From Blasia pusilla (lineage: Eukaryota), in contig CM114271.1 in the NCBI GenBank assembly GCA_050084515.1, forward strand, positions 5,518,001 to 5,582,000: DNA of 64,000 bases, written 5' to 3'. The notes under the pieces were generated by a model. The model was not told where the DNA came from. It did not search any database and saw nothing but the letters and a program-made list of their open reading frames with translations. Made by a program: the position numbers and the translations under genes. Below are positions 37,725-50,748 of this stretch, in pieces. Each line of letters opens with the position of its first letter. Position 1 is the stretch's first letter.

Positions 37725-40700
37725 TTTGAGTTGTTTCTTCCCTTCAGTTTCAAAAATTTCCATATGTAGAAATTATGAATTATTTGAATTTACCCTTCCG
37801 TTCTCACGAGGGCAAAGCGAATCAAGATATGTTTAATTCAGAGATAAAGATACTATAAAATTATAAAGAAACTTACTTTTCTAATTAATTAATTATACAT
37901 ATTTTTCATCGATAGAAAAGGGAATTTAGACAAGGAATCAATTCCGAACATGAAGAAGGAATGTATATATAGGGAATGAAGTTTCAACGTGGGAGGGAAT
38001 ATGAGCTAGGGGAGTATGACACCGTTAGAGAGGAGGAATGGAACAACCTCCTTACTACTATTTCAAGAGAATTCTCCTTGTTTTCCTAAAATTATTGGGA
38101 TTGATCCTCTCCATCTTTCGCCATAGGAACGAAAAATAAGAGCATATCCCCATGGAGCAATTCCATGGTCACGAGATCCTTCATATGTTAAATCCACGAT
38201 TCTTATTTCACAAACCAGAGGTGGGTTGCCGATCCTTGTGCGCCGTGAAATTTACGGCATAGACATTTTAGGACCAATCCTTGGAATTGAAAGGCTTGCA
38301 ACCGATTATTTTCTTAATTCCTTCGTAATTGAGAGTTCGGAACCGTTTTAGATCTACTTGGAGACTAGTAGGACTGTAGGATCCGGGCCGGGAGGACCTT
38401 CCGTTGTGACTCCATGGGGACAGGCTCTAAAGGAAAAAAATAGCTCAATCCAATCTCAACTCTCTCAGACTTCTTTGTTGTATTCCAAATGGGTTCTCCA
38501 TCACCCACTTTTTATTGAGGTTGTCTTCCTCTAGCTCAATCCAAATCTCTATCTTTGTCCCTCTATATTATATATTTTTGGAGGGGCAGGGATAGATAAG
38601 AGGGGATGGGAGGAAAGAAGATTGAAGATCTCAAATAAAGAGGGTCAAGATATCATCTCTCTATTCACTTTGAATAACATAGGTATATAGAGGATAGAGA
38701 ATAAGAATGAGGCGAATAGGACGGGGAGAAAAACAGAGGCATATGGAAGACCTTCATTAGGTCAAGAGGGGAGGGATCAACCTTTGCTTCTCCAAAGAGG
38801 AATGAAGAGGCTAGGTATGAATTTGGATTAGATTTCTCTCTCTCCAAATAGATGAAAACGAACTGGCCTTAGAAAATGTCTATAAAGTTTCCCCTTTACG
38901 CAGTGAATTGTATATGGAAAGCTACTAATATATGATACTTTTGCAAGTTGTTATTCGATGCCAAAATCTTTTGACTTATTCCAATTAGATTGTTGAAAGG
39001 ACCATCACATGCACTGCAAAACAAAAAAAAATTGCGATTCATATTAAGGTTATGGAAGGTTTGATTGAATTAGGGGGTTGCCTATTTAATTTTTCCACTA
39101 AGTTTATATAATCATGTCTTGATCTTATAACAATAGTAATATTTACATATCCCAATCTTATGATCTAGGCAATAATCCATCGTCTTATCTAGTAGCCATA
39201 TTTTGAGACTATTAATTATCATTTGTATCTATAAAATAGATGGATAAATGCAATCATTCAACATGGGAACTTATTCAATAGCTAGTTGGAGATATTTTGG
39301 TTTTTTTAATAGTTGTATAATGGGATTTTATTTTAACGATGAAATAATTATACTAAATATTTTGTTTCAATTAATTGAATACCTTATGGATCTTCCAATA
39401 CACCTAGCATGTTTACTAGGAAATTTTAATGAAGATAAATAAACAAGAAATAGTCTAAAGAAACCACTTCATGGCTTACAACCACATACATTCTAGTTGG
39501 GATATAATGAACAAAATATCATAATTCTTTTATTTTCTAGGTCCCTACTTTTGAAAGTTTTATTTTCTTGTTCTCCACGTATATACTCCAACATAATTGG
39601 AATTTTCCTTCTAGAAGACTAGTGGGTAAAATTTTTTTAGTATGGATCCACCTCCACCTAATTTTATTCTTTTAAGTCATTCCCATTTTGTATCTCCTTT
39701 ACGTTCTCCTACTCAATCACTCATGTATGCACAATTTGAATATTTCTTACAATTAAGGTGTATCCATACCATGATCAGATGACCCTCAACCATTAGGAAG
39801 CATGTTATAACACTAGTATTGTGAATGCACATGTAAATATTCACCAATAATTTATAACATGCTGAAAATTTTATAAAAAGGAAGAAAAAGATATAGGAAT
39901 CCTCTTTAGGCAAAGAATGTTTTAACCCAATAGAGAAGATAACTATTTCCCTTTACAAGAAGAACCATAAATAGTATCAAGTAGTATATAAAATTTCAAT
40001 ACAATAAAAGCTCCTCCTTTCATGTTCCGTCCTTAAAAGACATAATTTCCATTAGATTCTATATTTACATTTTCTCTCAAGTTGAAAAATCTACATTATA
40101 AAATTACCCATAAACTTTTGTATGCTTGCTTAAAATGAAATAGTCCTCCATGATTAAAGTTTCCTTTTTATGAAATTTGACTTTCAATTCCCAAATCTTC
40201 ATAACAAGGGATGATTGGATACATGGGAGATAGGGATGAAAATGATTGGTGACCCAAGAAGGTTATGGATGCTAGCAGAGTAGTTAGTTAGAGAGTCAAA
40301 CTACAAAATATTATTTCTTTAATACAAAAATCCATATCCTTGGATGACACTAAAATAGATGGAGATAAAAAAACTCTTCCTAAAAGAGGAAGTAGGTGAA
40401 AGAAAATAGAATAACTAGTTTTAATGGATGGGATTGGGTACTAAAGTATATAGATACTAAAGTATCTTGTCTTTTCTAAACCCACTTCATTTGATGACAA
40501 TGATAGATTATTCTATAAGAAATATTTTGTCTTTTCTAAACCCTACTTCCACTCTTGAAAATGATTCTTTTGGTTTGAATACTTTAAAAATTATATTTTT
40601 CATTTCAACCCGTTTATGGTCCTTTCATAGGGACGGGGAGAAAGTAATTATCAAACACATATTTAGCACGCGTGGATCAACTAAATGGAGAAGAATGAAT

Positions 40701-41510
40701 CAGGGAGAACTTATAAGGATTGTAATTCACTTCATTGAAATGTTTGTCTTTACTTCATGGTCATACCACACCATGAGTATGATCATTTTCATGCAATGCA
40801 TTTGAATTTGGGTAATACACTCCATGGCCACATATAGTTGTTTTTGTATGCTTTCCCCCGAAATAGAATATGTGACAATCCAATTGTATCACATTTACAA
40901 TGAAGCCTTTGGCTATATCATGTCCCAAAATGAATGTCCCCACAAAATTCATGCTTCGTCCACCAAGGAAGTTATACTTTCAAGAGGATCCTTCTAGTCT
41001 TCCTAGTATATATGATTCCTAGTTGAGAGCTATGAAGTGGTAAAACTTTGACCGAATCTACTAATAATTTCACTGAATTATTAATTATGATCTTACTTTA
41101 AAACATCTAAATTTGGGAGAAGACCCTAAGGCTTGAGCATGAGGGTGTACATGACACAACCAAATAAATTTTTTGGTGGTTTGATTCAAGGCTTGGGTAG
41201 TTATTTTATGTTCACATAACAAATTCCATGAAAATATTTGGAATATTCATTTTTTAATGTCTAACGTAAATTTCAAGATCTTATAGGGAAACCTTATTTT
41301 CCTCACGAAAAATTTCCCAAAATTTTTGAGTCTCAATTGAAATCTCTAAAAACTTCCAATTGGTTTTTTTAAGGAACAATAACACTTACTAAATATTTGC
41401 CTCGTCTCCTCGTAAGAAACAAATTTATGTTGGTTATTTTATAAATTAACAAATAAAACTATATTTAACTTTATTTTTTTTGTATTTATTAAGTTTGTAT
41501 ACTTTGTTTA

Positions 41511-41687
41511 TCTATATTATTAAAAGAGGATAGGGTTTAGGAAGCCATCCTCTTGTTTTGACACGTAAACTTTTGTAAGCCTTCCCGGATTGACACGTGT
41601 ATAAGAGCATTTAATCAAGTGCTAATAAGAAGAAATAAATGTACTAAAGGATTTTTTCACCCATGCATTGCGCGGGCAAGATGCTAG
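41511..41687 (+). mobile_element. Complete 177-bp non-autonomous Helitron
   Basis: 5' A|TC start (TCTATATTATTAAAAGAGG). 3' imperfect GC hairpin CCCATGCATTGCGCGGG, then CTAG|T. Inserted between A and T with no TSD. Confidence 0.8.
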
Positions 41688-42210
41688 TAAGCAATATAAT
41701 ATAAATTCAACCGTAGGATAAGTATTTGTACATCACAACTCACAAGAGCTAAACATCATTTGAGGGCCTTTACCAAAGGATGACGACTAAGAAAATATTA
41801 AATTGGCGATCAAAATATTTGGCCAATACACCAAAGTATAATTTTATGCCAATTCCCACACATCTCGTAATGTATTACATTTAGTATTTTAAAGAGTATT
41901 TCTTAAATTTTTAAACAACTACGTTTCCCTCCTCACACTCTCTCTCTTATAATATTTTCCCTCCCCAATTTAGATGCTCATCTCAACGTTTATTGGATGA
42001 AAGTTGAGCAAAATAGTTGTTTTCAACCACTCTACTTGTAATTTTGAGCGAAAAAGCCACAAGGAGCTTAGCATGTGAGGTTGAATGCTCCGAGTAGAAT
42101 AACCATACCCATTAAAACTATAGGAACAAGGAAATATGTTAACCTTGGAAAAGTTACTCAAGTCAATATATTATATTGACATGAAATCTCATACATCCTT
42201 TCTTCCCCCA

Positions 42211-42310
42211 TCTATATAATTAAAGAGAATGAAGTGTGAGGAAACCCTCCTCAAGTGTTGGCATCTGGCCTCTAAGGGCTCCTATGGTATCGACACGTCT
42301 CAAAATTAAT
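42211..42310 (+). mobile_element. Helitron-like 5' terminus; possible matching degenerate 3' end at ~45941-45965
   Basis: A|TCTATATAATTAAAGAGAATGAAG...GAAACCCTCCTC...TTGGCA. Candidate 3' end TCCATGCATAGACGGGCATCTTTAG|T. Confidence 0.45.
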
Positions 42311-43649
42311 ATTGGAGATCAATTCAATAAGTAGGCAAATCAATTAGACAGCGATGGATAATTTAAATTACCCATGCATCTCATAGGAATCAATCTGTAT
42401 TCCATTTAATCATCAATTGTAATTTAGATGATTTGTGCTTTCTAATGCAACAATATGTTGATCTACTTGTTCTCTTAATGCTAATGTTGGAATGTACATC
42501 CCACCTTAGGGAATAGCTCATCCTTGTCCCTTATTTCAAATGGCATAAAAGTTATGGATGGCAAAATGTAAATGTGTGATAAATATATATAATAGGAATT
42601 CTATCTCGAGCAATATTGACAAAGTCAAGAAGAAACATACAAGCACTGTTAATCCATCATACAATAGCATGTGACGGTGAGAAGATGAATAGGCATGCTC
42701 CAACTTCTTTCTTATATTCTTTATAACTCACTAACTCAATCTTGCCAAACAAGATTAAGAACTCTATTGGAACACAATATAATATGAACGAGACGCAGTC
42801 TTCTATACAAAATTGGAGATATTCAAAAATGATAGAGGAGGATATTAAATTCTGAATTGATAAAAAAAACCCTTGAAAACTTATAGATAGTTCTTATTAC
42901 TTATATTAATCCCAAATAAATATTTCAAATATATCATATATATTAAAATTAATTTTTATAAAATAAACAATACTATCACCTATAAGTTTGGAAGTTGGTG
43001 CATGTAGCGAATAGTGCAAGATAGATCATTCTATAATTACAATAAATCTAGAAATCCAAATGAAACCAATATGTAATTAATTAACCATTTGTTAACACAA
43101 CTACAAACTGATACTGTTTTGTTGTTATTGCAAAAAGACTCTTTACATAGAAAGGGTATCTCTATATTCCTCCCTTCCCAACCCCATCCACTTTATTTTG
43201 AATATAGTCTCTAGAGGAACGGAAGGTTGTTCCATCGTTCCCTCGACTTTTTCCACCAAGGCTCGTGATCAAACATGCTAAACATCAAGGCATTAGTCTC
43301 CTTTACCAAGTCAACGTCCTTGCGCTTGTTGACAACTCTCGCTCTAGCGGTCCAACCTTCCATGTATATACCCCTTTCACCTTGGAGCATTCCCGCTTGA
43401 AATGACTAGGATCACTTCATACCTAACACCCTCTAGCGTTGGTTTCACTTGAGATCAACCCTTGCTTGGAATTCGGTGATTGCTAAGGTTTTAAAATTTT
43501 GGATTATGGACCCATGTGTGGCCTTGTCTTATCGGGTTTCCTCTTGTTCACTCTGCCAAACGATGCCTCTTAATTCGTAACAAGAACCATCTTGTCTCAC
43601 TTCTCAAGACTCAGATTGACCGCCATAAGTTGGGTAGCTATGTCAATGG

Positions 43650-44440
43650 ACACCTTTAGCTTTCCAAATTGGTTGCCAACATTGTAGCACTTTGCTTCCT
43701 TAGTTTTCCTCACTTATTTTCTATAAGGTTGAAGATTTAGCCATTTTTTGACATATCATCAATGACCACCAACATCTCTTGGAATAAAGTAATAAAACTC
43801 TTAATCGAGCCTCCCAACTGCATTTTCTGCAACCAAATCGTGGCTTGGGTCACTTTATCCTTGGGTGCCAAACACCTCCTCATCTTTAAGGTGAGCATCT
43901 CCAAATTTGACTCCATGGTGTTCTAGTGCTTGCAAAATTCCCCATACCACATAAGCGCACATGCCTCTGATTTCAAAGAGTCCTCGACTCCCCACCAGAC
44001 CCTCAAAACTTGATAATATAAGTCCCAAAAACACGCTCTGCCTTTATCACGCATTGATTGAGGCCCTTGATATCCATCTTGCCCCTATATATATGTAACT
44101 TCTTCCTCATGGCTCCTAATTGATACTTTGGGGATGAGATTGAAGATGAGCTATATGCCTTCATGGTCTTTCCAATCACATAATCCACGTGGACTTGCAA
44201 TTGTTCCTTCGATGCCTCGAACATGGTGAGTAGAATCTCATCAAAATTCGCTGGAAGTAGAATCCCCATGAGTTTTTTCCGAGTATGCTTTCTAACCTTC
44301 CTCTTCACCAACAATGATTGCTTGGGTTCACCCATTCGGGTGTTGCATCCCTCAAGGTTTAGTTCCTTCCAATGAGTCGCCAAGAGTCTTGGGTAGGAAT
44401 TTTTTGCCGATTGGCATTTCATCCCCAAAACCCTCATCAA
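43650..44440 (-). mobile_element. Degenerate Ty3/Gypsy gag remnant
   Basis: Minus translation MQLGGSIKSFITLFQEMLVVIDDMSK (~43740-43825) resembles retrotransposon Gag (L.Q.GSV.EY...F..L...I.DMSE). Confidence 0.45.
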
Positions 44441-47400
44441 TCATGATAGGACAACTTGTTGAATTTATTTATATCCTTGAAGTCTTGTGGAAGATTGGGT
44501 TGTTTGAGGTCCATGACCTTTTTCCTAGTTCTATGGAGGTTGTCCCCTAACACAAACAATAACATAACTTTATAAAATTGTTGAAGTGTTACTTAATGAT
44601 TAACTTTATTTCCAACCAAAAAAAGTAAACATCCCTTTTATTTGTAGATTCTAGTGATTTTTTGATGCATATGTTTTCCCAAGGAGTATCATGTTTATAA
44701 TTAAAGTTTTCTCGAATACTAGGCAGTAAAGCCAAGATATTCTCAAATATTTTCCAATCTTCATAGTTCCGATCCTTTTTGGTTTTACACAAAGATTTTC
44801 GTATGGAAGTGCAACGAAGAAGAAGATCTAGCTTCATAATCAAATACTCGAGGAATATAATTTCCCATATCCTCCCTTTCCAAGGGGATCTACCCATTCA
44901 CAAAATAAGTATTTGGTTTTTTAAATACTAATAACCATGTTCCTTGCGTAAGATGAATATATTTACTCACTCCACCATTTAGTCTTTCATTTATAATATA
45001 TTCATCTTATTTTTATGATACATAAGTAAGATTAGAGGCTTGATTGTATTATGAAATATGCCACTTAACTATATTTCTCCTAGTATGAAGTGAATTAATC
45101 CAAACAAATATATTTAGTTGCAATAGTAAAACTCCATGCTTAATTATAATTTCGTGTTATATATCTAAAGGTTTCATGCCGATTGTGTCCTTATTGGATT
45201 ACTGGGAAGTGATTATTGGCTTTGATGGGGAGTAGTTGGAATTTCTTGTGTTAGATTTGACGTCATCCATTTTTTGTTGCCAAAATTGTACATAAATGTT
45301 TTTTTGTGTAGAAATTTGCATTCTTTTTTAACCTCCAAAATGTTTTTTTCTATCTTATCTTTTCAGAATTTCACTTTGAAAACTTTCTATCATGTTATTT
45401 CTACTATAATTCTTATGTATAATTTTCCTTGTGATTTTTTTAATACTAGAAATTTTCTACAAAAATGCAAACCAAAACATAAAAGACTTTTCATGTGTAA
45501 TGTGATGGGAAGTGATGTTTCTCCCCATAAACAAGGTATATTCATAAATACTATATCTATATACTTGTTATGTTGGGAGAATGCTTTATGAATATCATGC
45601 ATCTTTCAAGAAAGTAAAGCTAGTTTTGCTAGTTTTTTTCATTTAGATGTCAAAATTTTGTCATAATAGCGCACTTACAGGCTTTTGTATCAACTTTGGA
45701 ATTATCTAATAAGTAAACCAAAACAGGAGAAAAATTGATTTTAAACTTGTATAGCGTGTAAATGATTATTTATATCATTATAATTGGAGAGTTCCATTTT
45801 GATTTTTGAATATCTCTCATCTTGACCAGTAGTATTGCATGCCCTTGTAACCAATAACATAATTTGAAGCTGAATTCAGATTTTTGAGGGTTAGTTAAGT
45901 CATTGGTCATTGGTAATTACATGTCTTTAATTTCAAAATTTCCATGCATAGACGGGCATCTTTAGTGTGTATGGGATAGGCGCATCACTTCCCCATAACA
46001 ACTTCCCACATTAATTGGAGATGAGAATTTATTATTACATTCGTGTGAAGGTTACGTGGATAGGCTAGATATTGAGGAAAAAAAATAACGAATGCATATG
46101 TAGAGGTCGTAAATAATTGAAGTTTTAATATAATTAAAATTAATAAAATCATATATAAGTAAATAGTAAAAAACAGTTTAATATGTATATTTTAAAATAA
46201 AAATCTTATAAATACGAAATTAAACGTTGATTAGTTTTAATTAAATTTTCAATGCCTCACAAGAGATAACGACGAACCTAAAAAAAATGCATGATAAAAA
46301 AACCTTCAGAAAACAAAAATGCCTTATAATAGAGTTTCCTAGTTATAGAGCCTATAAGTAGGAAAACTCATTTTATTTGATTTGAAAGAAGTATTTGAAA
46401 TGTGGACTTGCTAGATTATCTTGCGAAATTACGCCACCACCACAAGAGAATTGCGCCGGGCAGTCCGTCCAGGGTAGCTCCGCCGAACGTCACTCTCCCT
46501 GCCCCTGCCCCTGCCCCGCAAACCGCTGTCTCGGGGACCCGTGAAGGAGGCTCACTCGGCGGAGCGGTGACCGGGAGTAGGCGGTGAGCGGCGCGCTTTT
46601 TGATTCAAACTCATGCGAACCGGCCGTCGACCGAGGTTAAAGTGAACTGCGGAAGTTACCAGGGATGGAAACGAAGGAGGTTCTAACCTTTCCGCGCGGG
46701 CAAGAGTCCGAACAATGTTCCCAATCCGTTTCGCGCCTTCTCCGCCCTTCTTTCCCCCTCGCGCAGCTTCTATTGCGGCAGTGAGCGCTCTAGCTGCAGC
46801 TCTTTGATACCATCGATCTGTGGCCATGGCGACTTGTGGATCTTGCCGTATCTGCCATTACGTGCTGTAGCCCGCGCTGCGTGTGCAGGTTGTTTTTGCG
46901 CCTCATTTGGTGCACATTTGTTATTTTGGAGGTGCTTTCCATGTCTTTGTGCTGAAAAGAAGTAGGTGCAGTGCGTGCGACTGTAGTGAGTGCTGTGCAT
47001 CGAGGCTGGATGCGATCCGTTCCCCGTTGGAGTGAGTGTCTTCATTTCGTACATTGCTAGCGCTAATCGCTGCTCGGTACAGGGAAGATGGACGTTGTTG
47101 GTTGGTGCGTTGAGCTGTAGGATCAGGCCGGGTTCTTGCATTCTGATCTTTCACGGGAGTCGGAGAAGGTTGTTTGTGTGTGGGCATAGTTCTTGCTTGG
47201 TTCATCCCGCACCTCGTAGCACTGTGTTGGTTGATCCTCAGGGATGGTCTTTGCAGTATTGGCGTAGGGCAGCACTCTGAGCGTGTCGTTGTGGTTTGCA
47301 TTCCATCCTGTAGGGAAGAGGTTTGTGTAGGAGCTGACGAAAGCAGTAAAGTTCTATCACTTGGGAGGAGCTCGAGGAAAAGTGAGGAGGGACCTTTGGT

Positions 47401-47623
47401 GGCGCGAAGGCCTTCCGGGCAAGGTCAGAGAGTTTACTCGTGAAGGAGCCGGGGATATTGAAGGATTGGGGCTTGATTGCCTCGACTTGGCGTTTTCTTC
47501 TCGGAAAGAAGGGTTTTAGACTAGTCTTGGTGGCGCATTGCTTCTAGAAACAGGGAGTTTCGTCACCGAAAGGATTATCTCGGGGCACTCGCATACCGGC
47601 TGTTTTAAAACTGCAAGTGAGCA

Positions 47624-50600
47624 ATGCCTGTTGAAAATAGTCCCGCCAGTACCGCGAGGAGGGGCACCACTCCACCGGGTGGGCCGTCCACATTTGATCT
47701 CTTCAGTTGGTCGGAAGGCCCTGACACAAGCCAACGTACTGTGGTAAGGCACTCGGCCACCAATGACAGCGCTGCTTTCGCTGCTGCAAGCGATCAGAGT
47801 TGCACCAGCCCTCCGGGCAGGTCGACCATCCGTATGCATCAGGTAATCTGCACCTGGGTCTTGAACATCAGCCAGTAGGCATTTCAGCGATTGAACTGTT
47901 ATCTCGTCGACGGACGTATCAGTGTCCTAGTGTCGTTGCCAAATGTGAAGTAATGTGGCTGTAGTTCAGTTAGATACTGACAGGACGCGAACGATCTTGC
48001 GCGTAGAGACACAGCTGTACGGGGGTCGATCGTGGCCGGGATCACGCGAAATGGCTTGTACTTCTCAAGAAGAGATGGTTGTATGTTTGTCTTGCTTAGC
48101 TAAGACCGTCTTCCGAAATCATCGTCTGTCCAAGTAATTTGGCGAGCTGCTTTGGACCCTACGAGGCATCACCTGCTGGAGGATATAACGAACCCTCTTC
48201 ACGACCTACACTCAGTAGGTCAGCTGGTTCTGCCTTAGTTCCGCATATTTGAAGACCGTAATGTACACTTACAAGTGATGGTTCGAGCTTGTAGCCTGCA
48301 GGAGGAATGAGTTCATTGAAGTTTGGAGAGCATCTAACGCCTGATGAAGCTGAGGCTCTAGTCAAAAGGTAATTGACACCTCAGCCTGTGGGCTTTCGAG
48401 TTGCAATCCCCTCCGTGTTCTTGAAGCCTGGTTTACCCTTTAGAGATCTTTCCGCTGTGTGAACGGCACTCCCACTCCCGCTGTGGAGGACGTTGTGTGA
48501 GCAACCCCACATTATGTACTTTTGGTGTATAGGAAGAACGAGTCATATCTCTGTTTCATACAGGCAGGGAATTGCACCTCTGTAACCGCTCAGGTTTCTT
48601 CCAACCTCACTTTCCTAAAATGAGAACACTTTACACTCTCAGGGCTTCTTCTGCGAACAGTAGCGGAAGAGACCCTTTACCAGTTTTACCCTTTAGTGCA
48701 GGAGGCATACTTCTGAAGGAAAAAAGAGAGAAATGTGTGGGAATGCGATATTTGGTGAAGGAGCCCCAGAGACCGACACAATGTTAGCAGACTTACCCTC
48801 AAGCTCCCCAGGATAAGGACAAAGCTTCTCATGCTGTTATTGGGCTTGATGGATAAACAACAATCCATTTTGTTAAGTGTCCTTAAGTACATGTAGCTTT
48901 AACCGATTTGGGTTGCCACTGCTTTGATCATGCAGGCGTCCCGGATCCGAGGTGAAGAGGAAAGAGATGTTCGGCAGTGGAATCTTTGCTGAAGGAGTTG
49001 GTGACGGCAGCGAACTCGGAATTGGGATAACTTCAGCAGATAGAACCTGTGTTCGGCTTCATCAGGTGAGGCTTAGTGACTGTACCTGTGTACTGATGCG
49101 CGGTGACATGCCGACTACGATAGAAAGTGCTGCGTGGAGCACTCACCGCATGACACATTTGGTTTGTGGTACCCTGACAAGAAAATTTATTGACATAGGC
49201 TGCCAACCTTTACGCTGCTTATAACGTCCATGATTGAGCTTGATGGGGCATTCATCGGTAGATACCCCGATCTCAGGCTCTCTTGGTTCTGAAGTTCCAT
49301 TTGTAAACTTGTTGTCAGTACTAACAGTTCCAAAGACACGAATTAAGCTTCATCGTGCACTTGATCTGATAGGAAGTTGCCATCGTGCCCATAGGACTTT
49401 CCGCGGTTTAATGTAGGTTCCCATTTTGTGTGAGTTGGAAGCCTCTTAGAAGCCTACTCTAATCCTGAAGGAATGACGGTGATCTAACCAAGAGAAGACC
49501 TTAAGGTTTCCTTGATGTACAGCGGTTTGTGTCTGATGCCAAAGCAAAGGAATTGTTGGGCAACGAAATTTTTGCTGTCGATGATCCTGCATTCCCTGAC
49601 CCAAGACGGAATCAAGATGCACTTCGGCGAAATGTCCGTATCTCCGTAGTATAGTAGAAGCCCAAGGCCATAGGTATCCCTGCATTATTTGACTTCTTAA
49701 GTAACGTCATGCTTTTCAGAACTGTAGCTATAGCAATCCTGAAGCCAAAGCCTTAAGAGTGATTTTTAATAACAGAAATTGGGAGATTCTTGAATCAGTG
49801 TGAGAGTACGTGGATTCGTTTGTCCTGTGTCCCATCACACTAGATTTGAGAAGTTTTCAAACCACCTTTCCTTTCCAGCTGCCTAAGTCATGAATCTCTC
49901 AAGGGTCTCAGTTGCAGTCCGAGTCTACCTGCACGTCCTGAAGTACTCCTGTTCTTCAATCTCAGCCTGCAGGTGGAGTCAGTCAAATCCAGTTTGGTGG
50001 TGAGGAGCTAACTTCTCCAAAGAAGCCTACGTCAATTCCAGAAGTTGCGAAGCAAAGAGAGCTGAGTGGGAGCACTGAGACCACTCTAGACCTGAAGCAC
50101 CGAAACTTCTCGAATGCCAAGGCCAAGGAGCTGGTTGGCAGCAACATATTTGGGCCTGCTCCGCCTGATGTACCACCTCGGCGCACAGCTATGGAGGTGA
50201 GGGACGTGCAACAGGATGTCGGTTCTGCTGAGACTCCACCTCGCAATCTCCGTACCTCTGTCAAGGTCTCCAATGTAAGTCCGGTGTGTAAATTTTTCTT
50301 TCTATAATTTGAAGCTGAACTGGAGCAGCCTCAAGCTCGCCCTGTCTAGAGTGGTGTGTCCCTGATCCTGTGTTTCAGATGATTGGTACAGTTCTTGCCA
50401 GGTTGAGTTTCTCAGAGTTTCCTTTCAGGAATTTAAGAAGCATTGAGTGACCCCTTTCTTCTGGAATTGCAGCCTGCAGGTGGGCGAAGTCAGATAGCTT
50501 TTGGGCATGAGGACAATCAAAACTCTGCTAGGAAGGTGGATCCGCACAAAATAGCTGAGCTCGGTGGCAACAACATATTCAGCGATGATCCTCAGACCCC

Positions 50601-50748
50601 AGTTGTGGATGCTCATCATCTCAGTGCAGCTAAACTTCGAGAGATGAGTGGTAGTGATATCTTCGCAGATGACAAACCTGTAGGTAGGGACTCCATTGGT
50701 GGAATTCGTAAGCCTCCAGGTGGTGACAGCACCATTGCCCTGGTTTAG
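47624..50748 (+). CDS. DUF4057 family plant protein (At4g39860-like). Exons 47624-47842, 48295-48368, 48936-49065, 49966-50274, 50473-50748
   Basis: GT-AG splicing gives STFDLFSWSE...KEMFGSGIF...SPKKPTSIPEVAKQRELSG...RNLRTSVKVSNPAGG...LSAAKLREMSGSDIFAD...GGIRKPPGGDSTIALV*, the hallmark DUF4057 motifs. Confidence 0.92.

Noticed and set aside
38900-40950. Possible Helitron Rep remnant on the minus strand
   Set aside because: Motif resemblance is too faint to support without a profile search.
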